A DNA stretch of 64,000 nt from Candidatus Hydrogenedentota bacterium (lineage in GTDB: Bacteria; Hydrogenedentota; Hydrogenedentia; Hydrogenedentales; SLHB01): assembly GCA_963674865.2 (NCBI GenBank), contig CAXXYE010000006.1, positions 1 to 64,000 of the forward strand, read 5' to 3'. Below are positions 50,401 through 59,791 of this stretch, in pieces. A program made the position numbers and the translations under genes. Position 1 is the stretch's first letter. Each line of letters starts with the position of its first letter. The notes below the pieces were generated by a model. The model saw only the letters and a program-made list of their open reading frames with translations. It ran no database searches and was not told the origin of the DNA.

Positions 50401-50524
50401 ATGGCATTTTCCCCAGTTTGAGTAACGGAAGCGCTACGCGTGAAGGCTATAAGGTAGCGGCAGCAAACAGTGAATGCAAACGCCGCCCAGGCAAACGCTA
50501 GCTGACGCCGGCGGAGCGGCTTTG

Positions 50525-51670
50525 TCAGAACTTGTCTCGGAGACGCACGTACTCGTCGAGAACGGCCATGAAGTTATCGTAGGGAGTCCCCTTGGCAATG
50601 GAGTGGCTGGGGCCGAGAATGAATCCGCCCCCTGGCGCGCCAGCCTCCATGGCCTCCCGGACGTTCTTGCGGCAGTCCTCGGGCGAACCGGTGATCAGTG
50701 TCTCCAAGGCAATGCCCCCCCAGAAAGCCAGGTGCTCGCCGAAATCCCGCTTCAAACCGGCGATGCTCATGTCGGGGATGGACTGAAGCGATTGGTAACA
50801 CTGGAGTCCGGCCTCGATGAACTGCCCCATCAGAGGGCGATTGTTCCCGCAGTTGTGGAGGATAACCTGCTTGCCAAGCGCGCTAACACGGCCGATGCGC
50901 TCCGTCATGGCGGGCAGGCAGAACTCCCGGAAGAGATCGGGCGAGATCATGGGGCCTTTGGAAGAGGCCATGTCCTGTTCGAAGAAGACCGCGTCTTGCC
51001 CGGGCCTCACCTTCCAGACATCCTCTTGATTCTGAATGGCGACGCGCTGTCGCGTGGCCGCACGAACCACCTCCGGCAGCAGGTAATAGCCGACATAGCC
51101 GCCGGAATTCCCGGGCAGACTGATCATAGCCGTCAGGCCGGCCGAGGTCCCCGCGATATAGCGATCGCGGCCAAGATGCTCGATCACGTAGTCGCACGCC
51201 TCGAAGATGGATGGATCGGGCTCGGGCACCTCGTCGGGGATGTGATAGTCGTCGACCTTGGGCTCCGCTTGGGCAACCGTATCCGGGACGTGCACAACGG
51301 AAATATCATTCGTCAACTCAGACGCCTGCCAGACGGTGCCGTCGGCGCCTTCCCAGGCGTGATCATCGACTTGGCGCACCTTGGGCGGCTCGTAGTCTTT
51401 CGGCGGAACAATGGGGGCCTCTTTGAACGTAATAATGTCGCAGCAATCGATCTTCTGGAAGAACTCGACGGTATCCTTCTTGAAGCTCTCGACGACCTCA
51501 TCGCGCCGGCCTTCCCAGAAGGCGACGCGAGTCTTGATCTTGTTTCGGACGTAAGTCTCACGGCCGATTACGGCCTCGATGGTGTCGTGGTCGACAATGT
51601 AGAATCCAAGCGGGACGTAGGGCGCAGGTTCCCGGGCGATAACCTTGCGCACACACTCTTTACTTGTCAT
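50525..51670 (-). CDS. Uroporphyrinogen decarboxylase family protein
   Basis: GPMISP, LHNCG, FWGGI, GGFILGPSHSI. Confidence 0.85.
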   Translation of the reverse strand: MTSKECVRKVIAREPAPYVPLGFYIVDHDTIEAVIGRETYVRNKIKTRVAFWEGRRDEVVESFKKDTVEFFQKIDCCDIITFKEAPIVPPKDYEPPKVRQVDDHAWEGADGTVWQASELTNDISVVHVPDTVAQAEPKVDDYHIPDEVPEPDPSIFEACDYVIEHLGRDRYIAGTSAGLTAMISLPGNSGGYVGYYLLPEVVRAATRQRVAIQNQEDVWKVRPGQDAVFFEQDMASSKGPMISPDLFREFCLPAMTERIGRVSALGKQVILHNCGNNRPLMGQFIEAGLQCYQSLQSIPDMSIAGLKRDFGEHLAFWGGIALETLITGSPEDCRKNVREAMEAGAPGGGFILGPSHSIAKGTPYDNFMAVLDEYVRLRDKF

Positions 51671-51855
51671 GCCGTCTCCTTCCCCAATTTCTGGGACTTG
51701 GCGCGCATTCACGCACAGGCCGAGGACGGATATCAAGTCTGGGGCGGCCTGTCCACAGTAAGACAGATGACGACAGACAACGGCGCATGCGTTGATTTCG
51801 GCTTGTACGCGTTCCTATAATCTCATTCAGTAAACAAAGGAGGATTCCCGATACC

Positions 51856-51987
51856 ATGAGATGGCTTAAATGCCTTGCGTTTGCGGCGCTCATCTGTCTG
51901 GCCGTGTCGGGGTGCAACACGGTTAAGGGATTCGGCAGAGATGTCCAGCGCGGCGGGGAATTGATCGAGAAGTCCGCTGATCGCTAG
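51856..51987 (+). CDS. Entericidin EcnA/B family lipoprotein (43 aa, not in the ORF track)
   Basis: MRWLKCLAFAALICLAVSGCNTVKGFGRDVQRGGELIEKSADR; GGAGG RBS. Confidence 0.9.
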   Translation: MRWLKCLAFAALICLAVSGCNTVKGFGRDVQRGGELIEKSADR

Positions 51988-52178
51988 TCCAGACACGCCT
52001 TCTTGTCAACTACTCGCCCCTTTCACAATCGCCGGATAACTCGACGGCGCTACGCACTCGCTGAAGTCCAGATTGCTCCTTTGCGCTTTCCCCAATCCTA
52101 TGCGAATATAGGCTGGCTGCGCCACGGCACGAGGTGGCGCGGCTGGTTTCTGAAAAGGATTGGAGGAAGTAGCGCCGA

Positions 52179-54860
52179 ATGGATGGCGCCACGACAGACG
52201 CGGCCTTACGGCCGCCGCGGAAACGCCGTCTTGCGGCCTTGGCCGTCACCACGCTTATAGCGGTATCCATCCTGACAACATTCTGGTGGGTGGCCGCGGA
52301 TCCAAGCGCGGCGCGGTTCTTAGGGGCGGGGGATGCGTGGGAGCAGGCGGGGCCGGGCCTCTTCTTCATGGACCACGGTTTGCACGACGGAGAACTCCCG
52401 CTGTGGAATCCACTCTACTTCTGCGGACAGCCGCACGCCGCCAATCCGCAGGCATTCCTATTCTACCCGCCGAATGCTCTGCGAAGCCTGCTGACACAGG
52501 CGCCCACCCCGAAGAGGACGCATGTCGGAATTGCACTGATGCTGTTCGTGCATCTGGTCTTTGCAGGGGCGACAATGTACCTCCTCAGCCGCCATCACGG
52601 GATCAGCGTCCCCGGCTCCCTGCTGGCCGCGTTTGCCTACGTGCTGAGCGCACCGGCCGTGTTGCGCGCGGTGGGCCATTGGTACTTCGACACAACGGCT
52701 GCGTGGCTGCCGCTATTGATCCTCCTGCTGCGCATGGGGCTCACCGCACCCTCGCGGCGCCGTGAGGCCGTCGCGGGCATCGCCGCCGGCCTAGTCTATG
52801 GAATAGCGATTCTCGGCGGCGTTCCGAGCCTCATCGTCCTGATGGGATTCACCATCGCCGCGTACGTCGTTTGCTACCGCCTTGCCGCCTTGATCCCGGC
52901 ACATGAGAAAGACGAAACGAAGGCAGACAAGAGCCATAAGGGTGGCCGACGGAAGGGAAACACAGAGCCTGCGGGAACACGGGCGGAAGCGCGCGGGCAG
53001 GGGCGGGCAGGCCGTTGGAGCGTACAAGTCATGCTGGGCGACATTGGCCTGCTGGCGGCGATCGTCGTCGTGGCCATCCTCGTGGCGGCGCCGATGCTGC
53101 TCCCCGCTAAGGAATTCGCCGCCCATAGCGCTCGCGCTCAAGGCACCGTGGTACTGGCGGGGCGAGAAGCTACGGGACCTGACTGGAGTCTTCCCCAATT
53201 ACTGGCCGTCTACTCGGGTGATGCGTCGTATGAAGGCGTCAAGGCGGCGGGAGCGATCATGCTGCTCTTCGCTTTGGCGTCCCTTACCGCCCGGCGGCGA
53301 CGACGCGATATCGCGGTGTACGGACTGCTCTTCCTGGCGCTGTTGGATGCGAGCTTGCCGAGGTCAATCCTCGTGGGGCCACTGCTCTCCCTGGTAGCTC
53401 CCTTCAAGATGGCCGAGCCGGGCCGCGCGATGCTCATCGCCTGCCTGCCCCTGGGATTGCTCGCAGGCATGGGACTCGACGCCACACTCTCGCCTTCAGG
53501 TGCGAGGTCGAAAACGGTACGGACAGTGGTGTTGGCACTTTTTGGCGGCACGGTGCTGCTGGCTCTCGCCTCGCGGGCCTATAACCATCCATTCCTGGCC
53601 GTCTCGAAATGGGCGCTCATTCTGCCTTCCCTGGCCTGTATGGTGGCGATTGCGGGCGTGTGGCTTCCACGCCCTCACGTTTGGGGAACGGCAGTCGTGC
53701 TGATGTGTTTCGGCGAGACACTGGCGTGGAACAAAGTCCTGCTTCCACACCTGTTCAACGCGGAGACGCAATATCCGGGGGAAATGAGCGCTCTGGAGAA
53801 GCCCAAAACGTTCTGGAGCAACAACCAGCGGGGGAGCGTGGCCGATCCAAATATTAACGTCTATGACTTGGCGCCAGCCATCAACGGATACGATCCCCTG
53901 CACATCGAGGAGGTCAGGGAGGTCATCTGCGCGGTACGGCACGAGGGCATGTACTTCCGCAAGATACGCGACTGGGAGCCGTTCTCGGGAAACCAGCGGG
54001 GTGGCCTCTTTCTGAAGCGCTCGCTTTGGCTCGCGCGTCAGTACGTCGAAGGGCCATTGCCGCCCAAGCATGCAATCTACCCGGCGGCTACTACGGTGTT
54101 CTTGCCTGTTCCCAGCGAAGTACCAGTAGCCAAAGTCGCTCGCGGCGGCATCGAGGGGCGGGGCGTGTCCGATGATGCGCAGCGCACGGACATCATAGCC
54201 ATGGATGCGCCGCCGGTAACGCTCAAAGCGGAGCCGGGCAAAAGAAACCAGGCTTCGACGGAAGTGGGCACAATCCACCTGCCGCCCTACCACAGCGTCT
54301 TGGCGTTTGCTGTGACAAACGACTGCGCAGCCGATCTCGAACTCGCCCTTACAGACCTCGAACAGGCACACAGTGTCCAGAGGATAACCTTCTACCTTCC
54401 CAATGACGGCACAACCAAGCGATTCGAAGTGGCTCTGTCCGACTTCACGGAAATGAACGTTGGATTACGGGCCGAAGCGGAGGAGAAGACGGGGACGATA
54501 CAAGTCGCCGAGATGTACGCGTTGAGCGATCGGCAAGACGAAGACGAGCTTATCCACATCGTGAAGAGAACGCCGAACACCGTCGAGGTGGAGGTCGATG
54601 AGTTGCCGGGATATCGGATCCTGACGCTTGTCGACGCGGCCTATCCAGGCTGGCGGGCAACGGTGGATGAAAAACCAACGCCTCTCCTGCGTGCCAACGA
54701 CGTGTTCAAGGCCGTTGTTCTGCCGCCCGGCCGCCACCACGTCAGATTCGCGTTCACGTCGTGGCGTGTGTACGCGGGCCTGGCGGTTTCATCACTCACC
54801 TGTGCCCTCCTATGCGCCGTCGGGATTGCGCACGGCCTCACCAGCCGCCGCCGCGAATAG
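52179..54860 (+). CDS. YfhO-family polytopic membrane protein (GT-C-like)
   Basis: LPLWNPLYFCGQP...FYPPN N-terminus; YPGWRATVD...AVVLPPGRHHV C-terminus. Confidence 0.85.
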   Translation: MDGATTDAALRPPRKRRLAALAVTTLIAVSILTTFWWVAADPSAARFLGAGDAWEQAGPGLFFMDHGLHDGELPLWNPLYFCGQPHAANPQAFLFYPPNALRSLLTQAPTPKRTHVGIALMLFVHLVFAGATMYLLSRHHGISVPGSLLAAFAYVLSAPAVLRAVGHWYFDTTAAWLPLLILLLRMGLTAPSRRREAVAGIAAGLVYGIAILGGVPSLIVLMGFTIAAYVVCYRLAALIPAHEKDETKADKSHKGGRRKGNTEPAGTRAEARGQGRAGRWSVQVMLGDIGLLAAIVVVAILVAAPMLLPAKEFAAHSARAQGTVVLAGREATGPDWSLPQLLAVYSGDASYEGVKAAGAIMLLFALASLTARRRRRDIAVYGLLFLALLDASLPRSILVGPLLSLVAPFKMAEPGRAMLIACLPLGLLAGMGLDATLSPSGARSKTVRTVVLALFGGTVLLALASRAYNHPFLAVSKWALILPSLACMVAIAGVWLPRPHVWGTAVVLMCFGETLAWNKVLLPHLFNAETQYPGEMSALEKPKTFWSNNQRGSVADPNINVYDLAPAINGYDPLHIEEVREVICAVRHEGMYFRKIRDWEPFSGNQRGGLFLKRSLWLARQYVEGPLPPKHAIYPAATTVFLPVPSEVPVAKVARGGIEGRGVSDDAQRTDIIAMDAPPVTLKAEPGKRNQASTEVGTIHLPPYHSVLAFAVTNDCAADLELALTDLEQAHSVQRITFYLPNDGTTKRFEVALSDFTEMNVGLRAEAEEKTGTIQVAEMYALSDRQDEDELIHIVKRTPNTVEVEVDELPGYRILTLVDAAYPGWRATVDEKPTPLLRANDVFKAVVLPPGRHHVRFAFTSWRVYAGLAVSSLTCALLCAVGIAHGLTSRRRE

Positions 54861-54877
54861 GCCGGCCGGCGTCATTC

Positions 54878-55822
54878 CTAGTCGTGCTTTCCGAGCTTTC
54901 GTAGCACTTCCAGGCAGAGGTCCGGGCGATTCGAGGTGATGGCATCCACCCCCCACTCAGCGAGGCGCTGCGTATCGGCCTCCTCATCCACCGTCCACGC
55001 GCCTAAAATCCTGCCGTCACGATGAAGCTCGGCGACGATCTCCTCGGTAAGGGCGGGATGGCCGATATTGAGGACAGGGGGATTGAGCAGCCTGGCGCCG
55101 ATGAGGTAGCGCTCCCACCTCTCAGGATGGTTCTTATCCGAACTCCCGATGAAGGCCACCTGGACATCGGGCGCCTCAATAAGCGCCACGGCGCACGCCA
55201 CGGGCGAGAAAGAGCAAATGAGAACTTGCTTCATCATCCGCCGCTCGCGAATGAGTTCGAGCACCTGCCGCGTCAACAGGGCGTTGCGTGAGCCACTGGC
55301 GTCGATGAGGGCCATCACCTCGCGCGCGAGATCCGGCAAGAGCCTCTCCTGCCCCTCCGCCAACGCGAGCAGGCGTTGCTCGAGCGCCGAGTCATCATCG
55401 ATGCTCTTAATCTCAATATAGATGCCGATGCGGTTCTTTGCGAAGTCGAGCGCCTCGGCCAGTGTGGGCACCGACTCCCCCGCAAAATGCGCGTCCTTCC
55501 AGGCGCCCGCATCCAACGCCTTGAGCTCCTCGAGCGTGCACGCGTCGACGAGGCCCGTCCCATTCGTAGTGCGCTCAAGCTTGGCGTCGTGCATAAGCAC
55601 CACCTCGCCGTCCTTGCTCAACCGACAGTCCAACTCAAACCAGTCGGCGCCCATCTCGTGTCCGAGGCGGAACGCCGCCAGCGTATTTTCCGGCGCATAG
55701 GCGCTCGCGCCTCGGTGCGCAATGACGTCGATGGCGCCATCCGGCGTGCCCGGTTGAAAAGTCGTACACCCGCTCATCGTCATAAGCGTCAACACTCCCA
55801 GAAATAGACTATGTCTGAACAT
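54878..55822 (-). CDS. Glycerophosphodiester phosphodiesterase (lipoprotein)
   Basis: IAHRGASAYAPENTLAAF, ELD, MHD, IEIK, WTVD. Confidence 0.92.
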   Translation of the reverse strand: MFRHSLFLGVLTLMTMSGCTTFQPGTPDGAIDVIAHRGASAYAPENTLAAFRLGHEMGADWFELDCRLSKDGEVVLMHDAKLERTTNGTGLVDACTLEELKALDAGAWKDAHFAGESVPTLAEALDFAKNRIGIYIEIKSIDDDSALEQRLLALAEGQERLLPDLAREVMALIDASGSRNALLTRQVLELIRERRMMKQVLICSFSPVACAVALIEAPDVQVAFIGSSDKNHPERWERYLIGARLLNPPVLNIGHPALTEEIVAELHRDGRILGAWTVDEEADTQRLAEWGVDAITSNRPDLCLEVLRKLGKHD

Positions 55823-55929
55823 CGTGAGCACTTCCATCGGCGAGTCCATACTACCAGCCAGACGCCCCCGGCGCCACTGATTGGGGGCCGCTTCTGAGCC
55901 GTAATACGACGCCGATAACGCGCCGGAAT

Positions 55930-55958
55930 TTGACTTCAGACAGGCGCTCCGCTAGACT
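55930..55958 (+). promoter_or_regulatory. Sigma70 promoter of tRNA-Lys
   Basis: TTGACT-17 nt-TAGACT. Confidence 0.65.
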
Positions 55959-56016
55959 TAGCCGACAATCAGCGCGGACCTCTTATCGCGCTCGCACCTA
56001 TTTGTTTCCCCCGATT

Positions 56017-56092
56017 GGACGGGTAGCTCAGTTGGTAGAGCATCGGACTTTTAATCCGGTGGTCGCGGGTTCGATCCCCGCCCCGTTCACCA
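56017..56092 (+). tRNA. tRNA-Lys (anticodon TTT)
   Basis: 76-nt cloverleaf GGACGGG...CTTTTAA...GTTCGAT...CCCGTTC-A-CCA. Confidence 0.97.
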
Positions 56093-56100
56093 ACAATATC

Positions 56101-56135
56101 AAGGGCTTACGAGAAATCGTGGGTCCTTTCTTTTT
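56101..56135 (+). terminator. Terminator after tRNA-Lys
   Basis: AAGGGCTTACGA-GAAA-TCGTGGGTCCTT stem (with G-U pairs) followed by a T-run. Confidence 0.7.
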
Positions 56136-56803
56136 GGCCGCTGTACAACAGACTGGCGTACACGCCCTGCAATAGGATACGGCGTATTGCAGGAAGACGG
56201 TGATGGATTTGGTACTGCAGGCCACGTAACTCCCCTTTTAAGAAGATCTTACTTAGATAGGGTCTTGCTCCCGAGCATCGGGTTCTCCTTCGAGAGGCCG
56301 ACATACGTGGAATACACGCCACGTACGGCGGCGCCTTGTCGAACCTTTCGTGAAGCGTGCTGGGATTTCGCATAAACCTACGCACATCGCCTTCGCGTGG
56401 CGATCTGATGAACGTCAGGCGAAAAAGCGCACATGAGCAGAAGGCGCTCCATTCACCAGTGAGAAGGAGCGACCTCCATGAGAATTCGCGTAAGTGCGGG
56501 AACGTTGCCTCATCCAACTCAGTCGGCACCGGATGCCCCCTGGACCTGTAAGCCTACTACACGACGAATATAGTGCACGCAAAACCCGTGGGCGGCCCAC
56601 ATCGCCGTAACTTATGTCGCCACAGGACATTGAGCCAAGAAGGATGCAACGGGGGAGCCCATATAGGTAGAGACGGTTTTGGTGCCTCGGAAATGGGCGA
56701 AGGCGCGTAACCAGTTGACCGAAGACTCTCGCGTGCCGGTACATGGCCCCTGCGTGCGCGCAGATGGCGTCGGGAACCCGGCGCCACGGAGGCCATTGTT
56801 GTT

Positions 56804-56941
56804 GTGAAACGACTGAAGGTTGAACAAGTGCCGATTGGTAGCCTGAAGCCATGGGAGGGCAGTCCGCGCAGGAACGACGAGGCCGCCGGCGCCGTGGCGA
56901 AGAGCATCAAGCGTTTCGGCTTCAACGTGCCCATCTTGTGA
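56804..56941 (+). pseudogene. Truncated copy of the ParB N-terminus of the MTase at 61749
   Basis: 32 of 45 aa identical, including VAKSIKRFGFNVPIL; the Cys46 codon is replaced by TGA. Confidence 0.85.
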
Positions 56942-57108
56942 GGAGGCCAACGCTCTCTGCCAGGCCAGTCTTTGGACCTGCAGAAGGCCCGAACTGTGCG
57001 GAAATACAGCTTGACAAGACCCTTGGAACTTTGTTGCAAACGTAGTATGCTCTGACGTAGATTATTGACTAGACTTACGTTCTGTCAATTCGTCACGGGA
57101 GAGATAGC

Positions 57109-57294
57109 ATGTCTGCGAAAAAAGCCGTATACAGCAATGCCCAAGCCATTCAGCAGTTGGGCAAGGCTTTTGCCAGCATAACGGGGGAGGAAGTCTCCAT
57201 TCCAAAACGAGACTGTCCTGACGTTCCCAAGTTCATTCGTGAGCTTCAATCTGCCCAGGACGCGACACGGAAGAACAGCATCAAATTTGGCTGA
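57109..57294 (+). CDS. Small hypothetical protein (61 aa)
   Basis: GGGAGA RBS, AT-rich promoter region upstream, 20 bp gap to the next gene. Confidence 0.75.
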   Translation: MSAKKAVYSNAQAIQQLGKAFASITGEEVSIPKRDCPDVPKFIRELQSAQDATRKNSIKFG

Positions 57295-57314
57295 GGTGGT
57301 CGGAGGAGTGAAGC

Positions 57315-58880
57315 ATGTGTTTCGCGCGCTTGGGGCGAGCGACTCACGCCGAGCTCCACAACACTTCGCCTCCCTTCTCCAATTTCCATTTCGTTGATTC
57401 CCTATTGCCCGGCCAGGACGAGTCTGCTGTCCGCCGCCTTTTTTCTTTGGCGCGCAGAGTTGGCACCGGGCAGTCCCTCGTCCTCGAAGACATCGAGGCC
57501 GCTGGGGCGGTGGCAGACGAGAATGCGGAACTCACATCCTTGTTCCCTGGTTATCAGTGCTCGGGGCTCAAGCGGCTCACGTTCTGGCGTAAGCCGTGCG
57601 GCTCTTTGTCGGACACAGCACAATTCGAGGACACTGACCTGTTGGGGTACGCAATACTCAAGCAGGATACGATTCCAGGTCGTCCCACGCGCTGGCACAT
57701 TTTCGAATCTGTCTTTCGGAAGTACGCGCATGAGCACAACTGTGTGCCGGGCGAAGCATCCTTCACCGTGAGTTGCGGAAGCCGGGAATACCAGATTCCT
57801 GGCGTTCTGTACTGTCAGCAGAATCGCTTGAACAAATCCTGTGCTCAGGTGGCTCTACGCAGTCTTCTCTCTCGAATCTTCCCGGAACAGGACATCTCCT
57901 ACAGCAATATCAACCGTGCGGCAGGGACGGTCGGCACACGCGCCGAACCGGGCGAGGGACTCGATACGACGCAGATCAGAGCTGTCCTTGATTCTTACGG
58001 AATCAGGTATGACGACTTTGACTACATTGCCGCAGCCCGCTTAGGGAATGCACGGGTTCTTCCCTATTCCCGAGTCTTGTACTCTGGTATTGAGAACGGA
58101 CTGGGCGGCCTGCTTGGATTTGAGCTTTCCAGATCGAGCGCATCCGGGGAGAAGCACATCATTCCCTTCTACGGACACACCTTCAACCAGGACACGTGGG
58201 TGCCCCGTGCCAGCGTCGCCTACTTCCACGTTGGTGATCAGACTTGCTACATCTCCAGCCAAGAGTGGACGAGCAGTTTCATCGGCCACGACGACAACTT
58301 CGGCAGCAACTTCTGTGTGCCGCGTAGGTTCCTTGAGGCAAACCAAGTGAAGTATGTCGTGGCTCTGCGCCCCCGCAATACCGAGTATGGTGCGATACTT
58401 GCGGAGGCCATCGCCGTGGATTGCCTCTACGCAGCCAGGAACACGCTGCCCCAACTCCAGAATTACTGGGTAAAGAGGCTCGTGCACCACATTGATCAAC
58501 AGGACGTTGTTCTGCGCACGCTCTACGTGCACAGGGACCAATATGTGGCACACCTTCGAGAGTGTAGAGATTGGGGCGGAGACCCGGAACGTGCAGACAT
58601 CCTCAGTCTCTTTTCCTCTCATCTGCCAGAGAACCTGTGGATGGCTGAAGTGTCGATCCCGGAGCTGTTTCCCGCCAACTACCGCAAGCTTGGCGAGATA
58701 ATGCTTGACGCTTGCGTGCCCGTGTACCCCAATACCCCCTCGGAGTCGCTGCTGGTTGTGGCGCGTTTCCCAGGATCGTACTTGATAAACGTCGGCTCCG
58801 CGACCTTCGCGCCCCTCGATAGCGACTTGCGGAGCCACGTTCCCCTCTGCTGCGAGTTGGACCTTCAGGAAAGGCCATGA
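57315..58880 (+). CDS. Papain-fold / C39-like cysteine peptidase domain protein
   Basis: YCQQNRLNKSCAQVAL (Gln, Cys), GEGL..QI, KHIIPFYG (His), FIGHDDNFG (Asp); GGAGG RBS. Confidence 0.65.
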   Translation: MCFARLGRATHAELHNTSPPFSNFHFVDSLLPGQDESAVRRLFSLARRVGTGQSLVLEDIEAAGAVADENAELTSLFPGYQCSGLKRLTFWRKPCGSLSDTAQFEDTDLLGYAILKQDTIPGRPTRWHIFESVFRKYAHEHNCVPGEASFTVSCGSREYQIPGVLYCQQNRLNKSCAQVALRSLLSRIFPEQDISYSNINRAAGTVGTRAEPGEGLDTTQIRAVLDSYGIRYDDFDYIAAARLGNARVLPYSRVLYSGIENGLGGLLGFELSRSSASGEKHIIPFYGHTFNQDTWVPRASVAYFHVGDQTCYISSQEWTSSFIGHDDNFGSNFCVPRRFLEANQVKYVVALRPRNTEYGAILAEAIAVDCLYAARNTLPQLQNYWVKRLVHHIDQQDVVLRTLYVHRDQYVAHLRECRDWGGDPERADILSLFSSHLPENLWMAEVSIPELFPANYRKLGEIMLDACVPVYPNTPSESLLVVARFPGSYLINVGSATFAPLDSDLRSHVPLCCELDLQERP

Positions 58881-59056
58881 AGGCCCGCCTTCTTGCGGGT
58901 ATTGCATGGTAGAGTGCTTTCCATGCCGTCGGTTCAACAAGGAAACGAAATGCCTGGAGATTGAAGGTTGCGTCCAATGTGGCAGGTGTCTGCGCGTGGA
59001 CTCCTGTATGGGATGGCGGCACCGTTTCTGGCGCAGAGTTATTGTGGATGAGGCCG

Positions 59057-59527
59057 ATGTCACAAAAAGACACTAGGGAAGGTGAACTCCTCTTCGCGAT
59101 GGAGGAATATCAGGGCTATAAACCGCCGGTGTTGATTAGCGCGTGTTTCCTCGGAATTCCGTGCCGGTGGCATGGCAGGCCGGCGAAGCGACGTGAGGGA
59201 CTCCTCCGCAAGTTGAAAGAGAAGTTCACGTTGGTGCCGGTATGTCCGGAACAACTCGGAGGCATGCCGACGCCGCGCACGGGTGAACAACTGGACGACT
59301 GGACGGGGGCGCAAGTACTGGATGGGGAAGCGCGCATCATCGCTCCGGAAACGGGCGAGGACGTCACGCATTACCATGTGGATGGCGCCCGACACACGCT
59401 TACGATTGCCGAGACCGTCGGCGCCAAGCGAGCGTACCTGAAAGGGGGCAGTCCGTCCTGTGATCGAGAAGGGGTTACGGGGGAGGTCCTGCGGCGTGCC
59501 AGCATCAGAGTCGTCCGAGTTCCGTGA
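59057..59527 (+). CDS. DUF523 (2-thiouracil desulfurase-like) Fe-S protein; start uncertain (59057 or 59099)
   Basis: ISACFLGIPCRWHG, PVCPEQLGGMPTPR, LKGGSPSC. Confidence 0.85.
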   Translation: MSQKDTREGELLFAMEEYQGYKPPVLISACFLGIPCRWHGRPAKRREGLLRKLKEKFTLVPVCPEQLGGMPTPRTGEQLDDWTGAQVLDGEARIIAPETGEDVTHYHVDGARHTLTIAETVGAKRAYLKGGSPSCDREGVTGEVLRRASIRVVRVP

Positions 59528-59599
59528 ATCATGAGAGATCGGCACGCAATTGGGGCAGGTGGCTGTGAATGCCATGAAGAGCGGAAGAAACACGCGTGT

Positions 59600-59756
59600 C
59601 GTCGCTGCCCGTCTTGAAGTAGGAGAATCCTAGGCAAGTTCTTGCCGCGCTCGATGCAGGAGATCCTAGCCGCCGTGACTTGGGATTCCTTGGCGAGTTC
59701 GCGCAGGGAAAGCCCGCAGCGGTTGTGCAGAGTTTGTGCCATTCACCCAGTTCCAC
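59600..59756 (-). pseudogene. XRE/Cro-type HTH regulator remnant
   Basis: GLSLRELAKESQVTAARISCIERGKNLP; the MELGE start lies in a different frame. Confidence 0.55.
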
Positions 59757-59791
59757 TCGGAAAGATGCGTCACCGTGGACGTTCCTCTACG

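Noticed and set aside
49307..51820. Long alternative-frame or antisense ORFs (49307..50407, 50474..51820 and many similar elsewhere)
   Set aside because: Shadow ORFs from high-GC codon bias overlapping well-supported genes, with no recognisable motifs
12743..56075. Shared GGTCGCGGGTTCGA in the tRNA fragment and tRNA-Lys as attL/attR of a 43-kb island
   Set aside because: It is a generic T-arm sequence, the anticodons differ, and the interval holds core genes (folD, priA, flagellar genes)
56107..56560. Possible integrase remnant right after tRNA-Lys (GELRGLQ in a minus-strand ORF)
   Set aside because: No other tyrosine recombinase motifs (HxxR, catalytic Tyr); too weak to call
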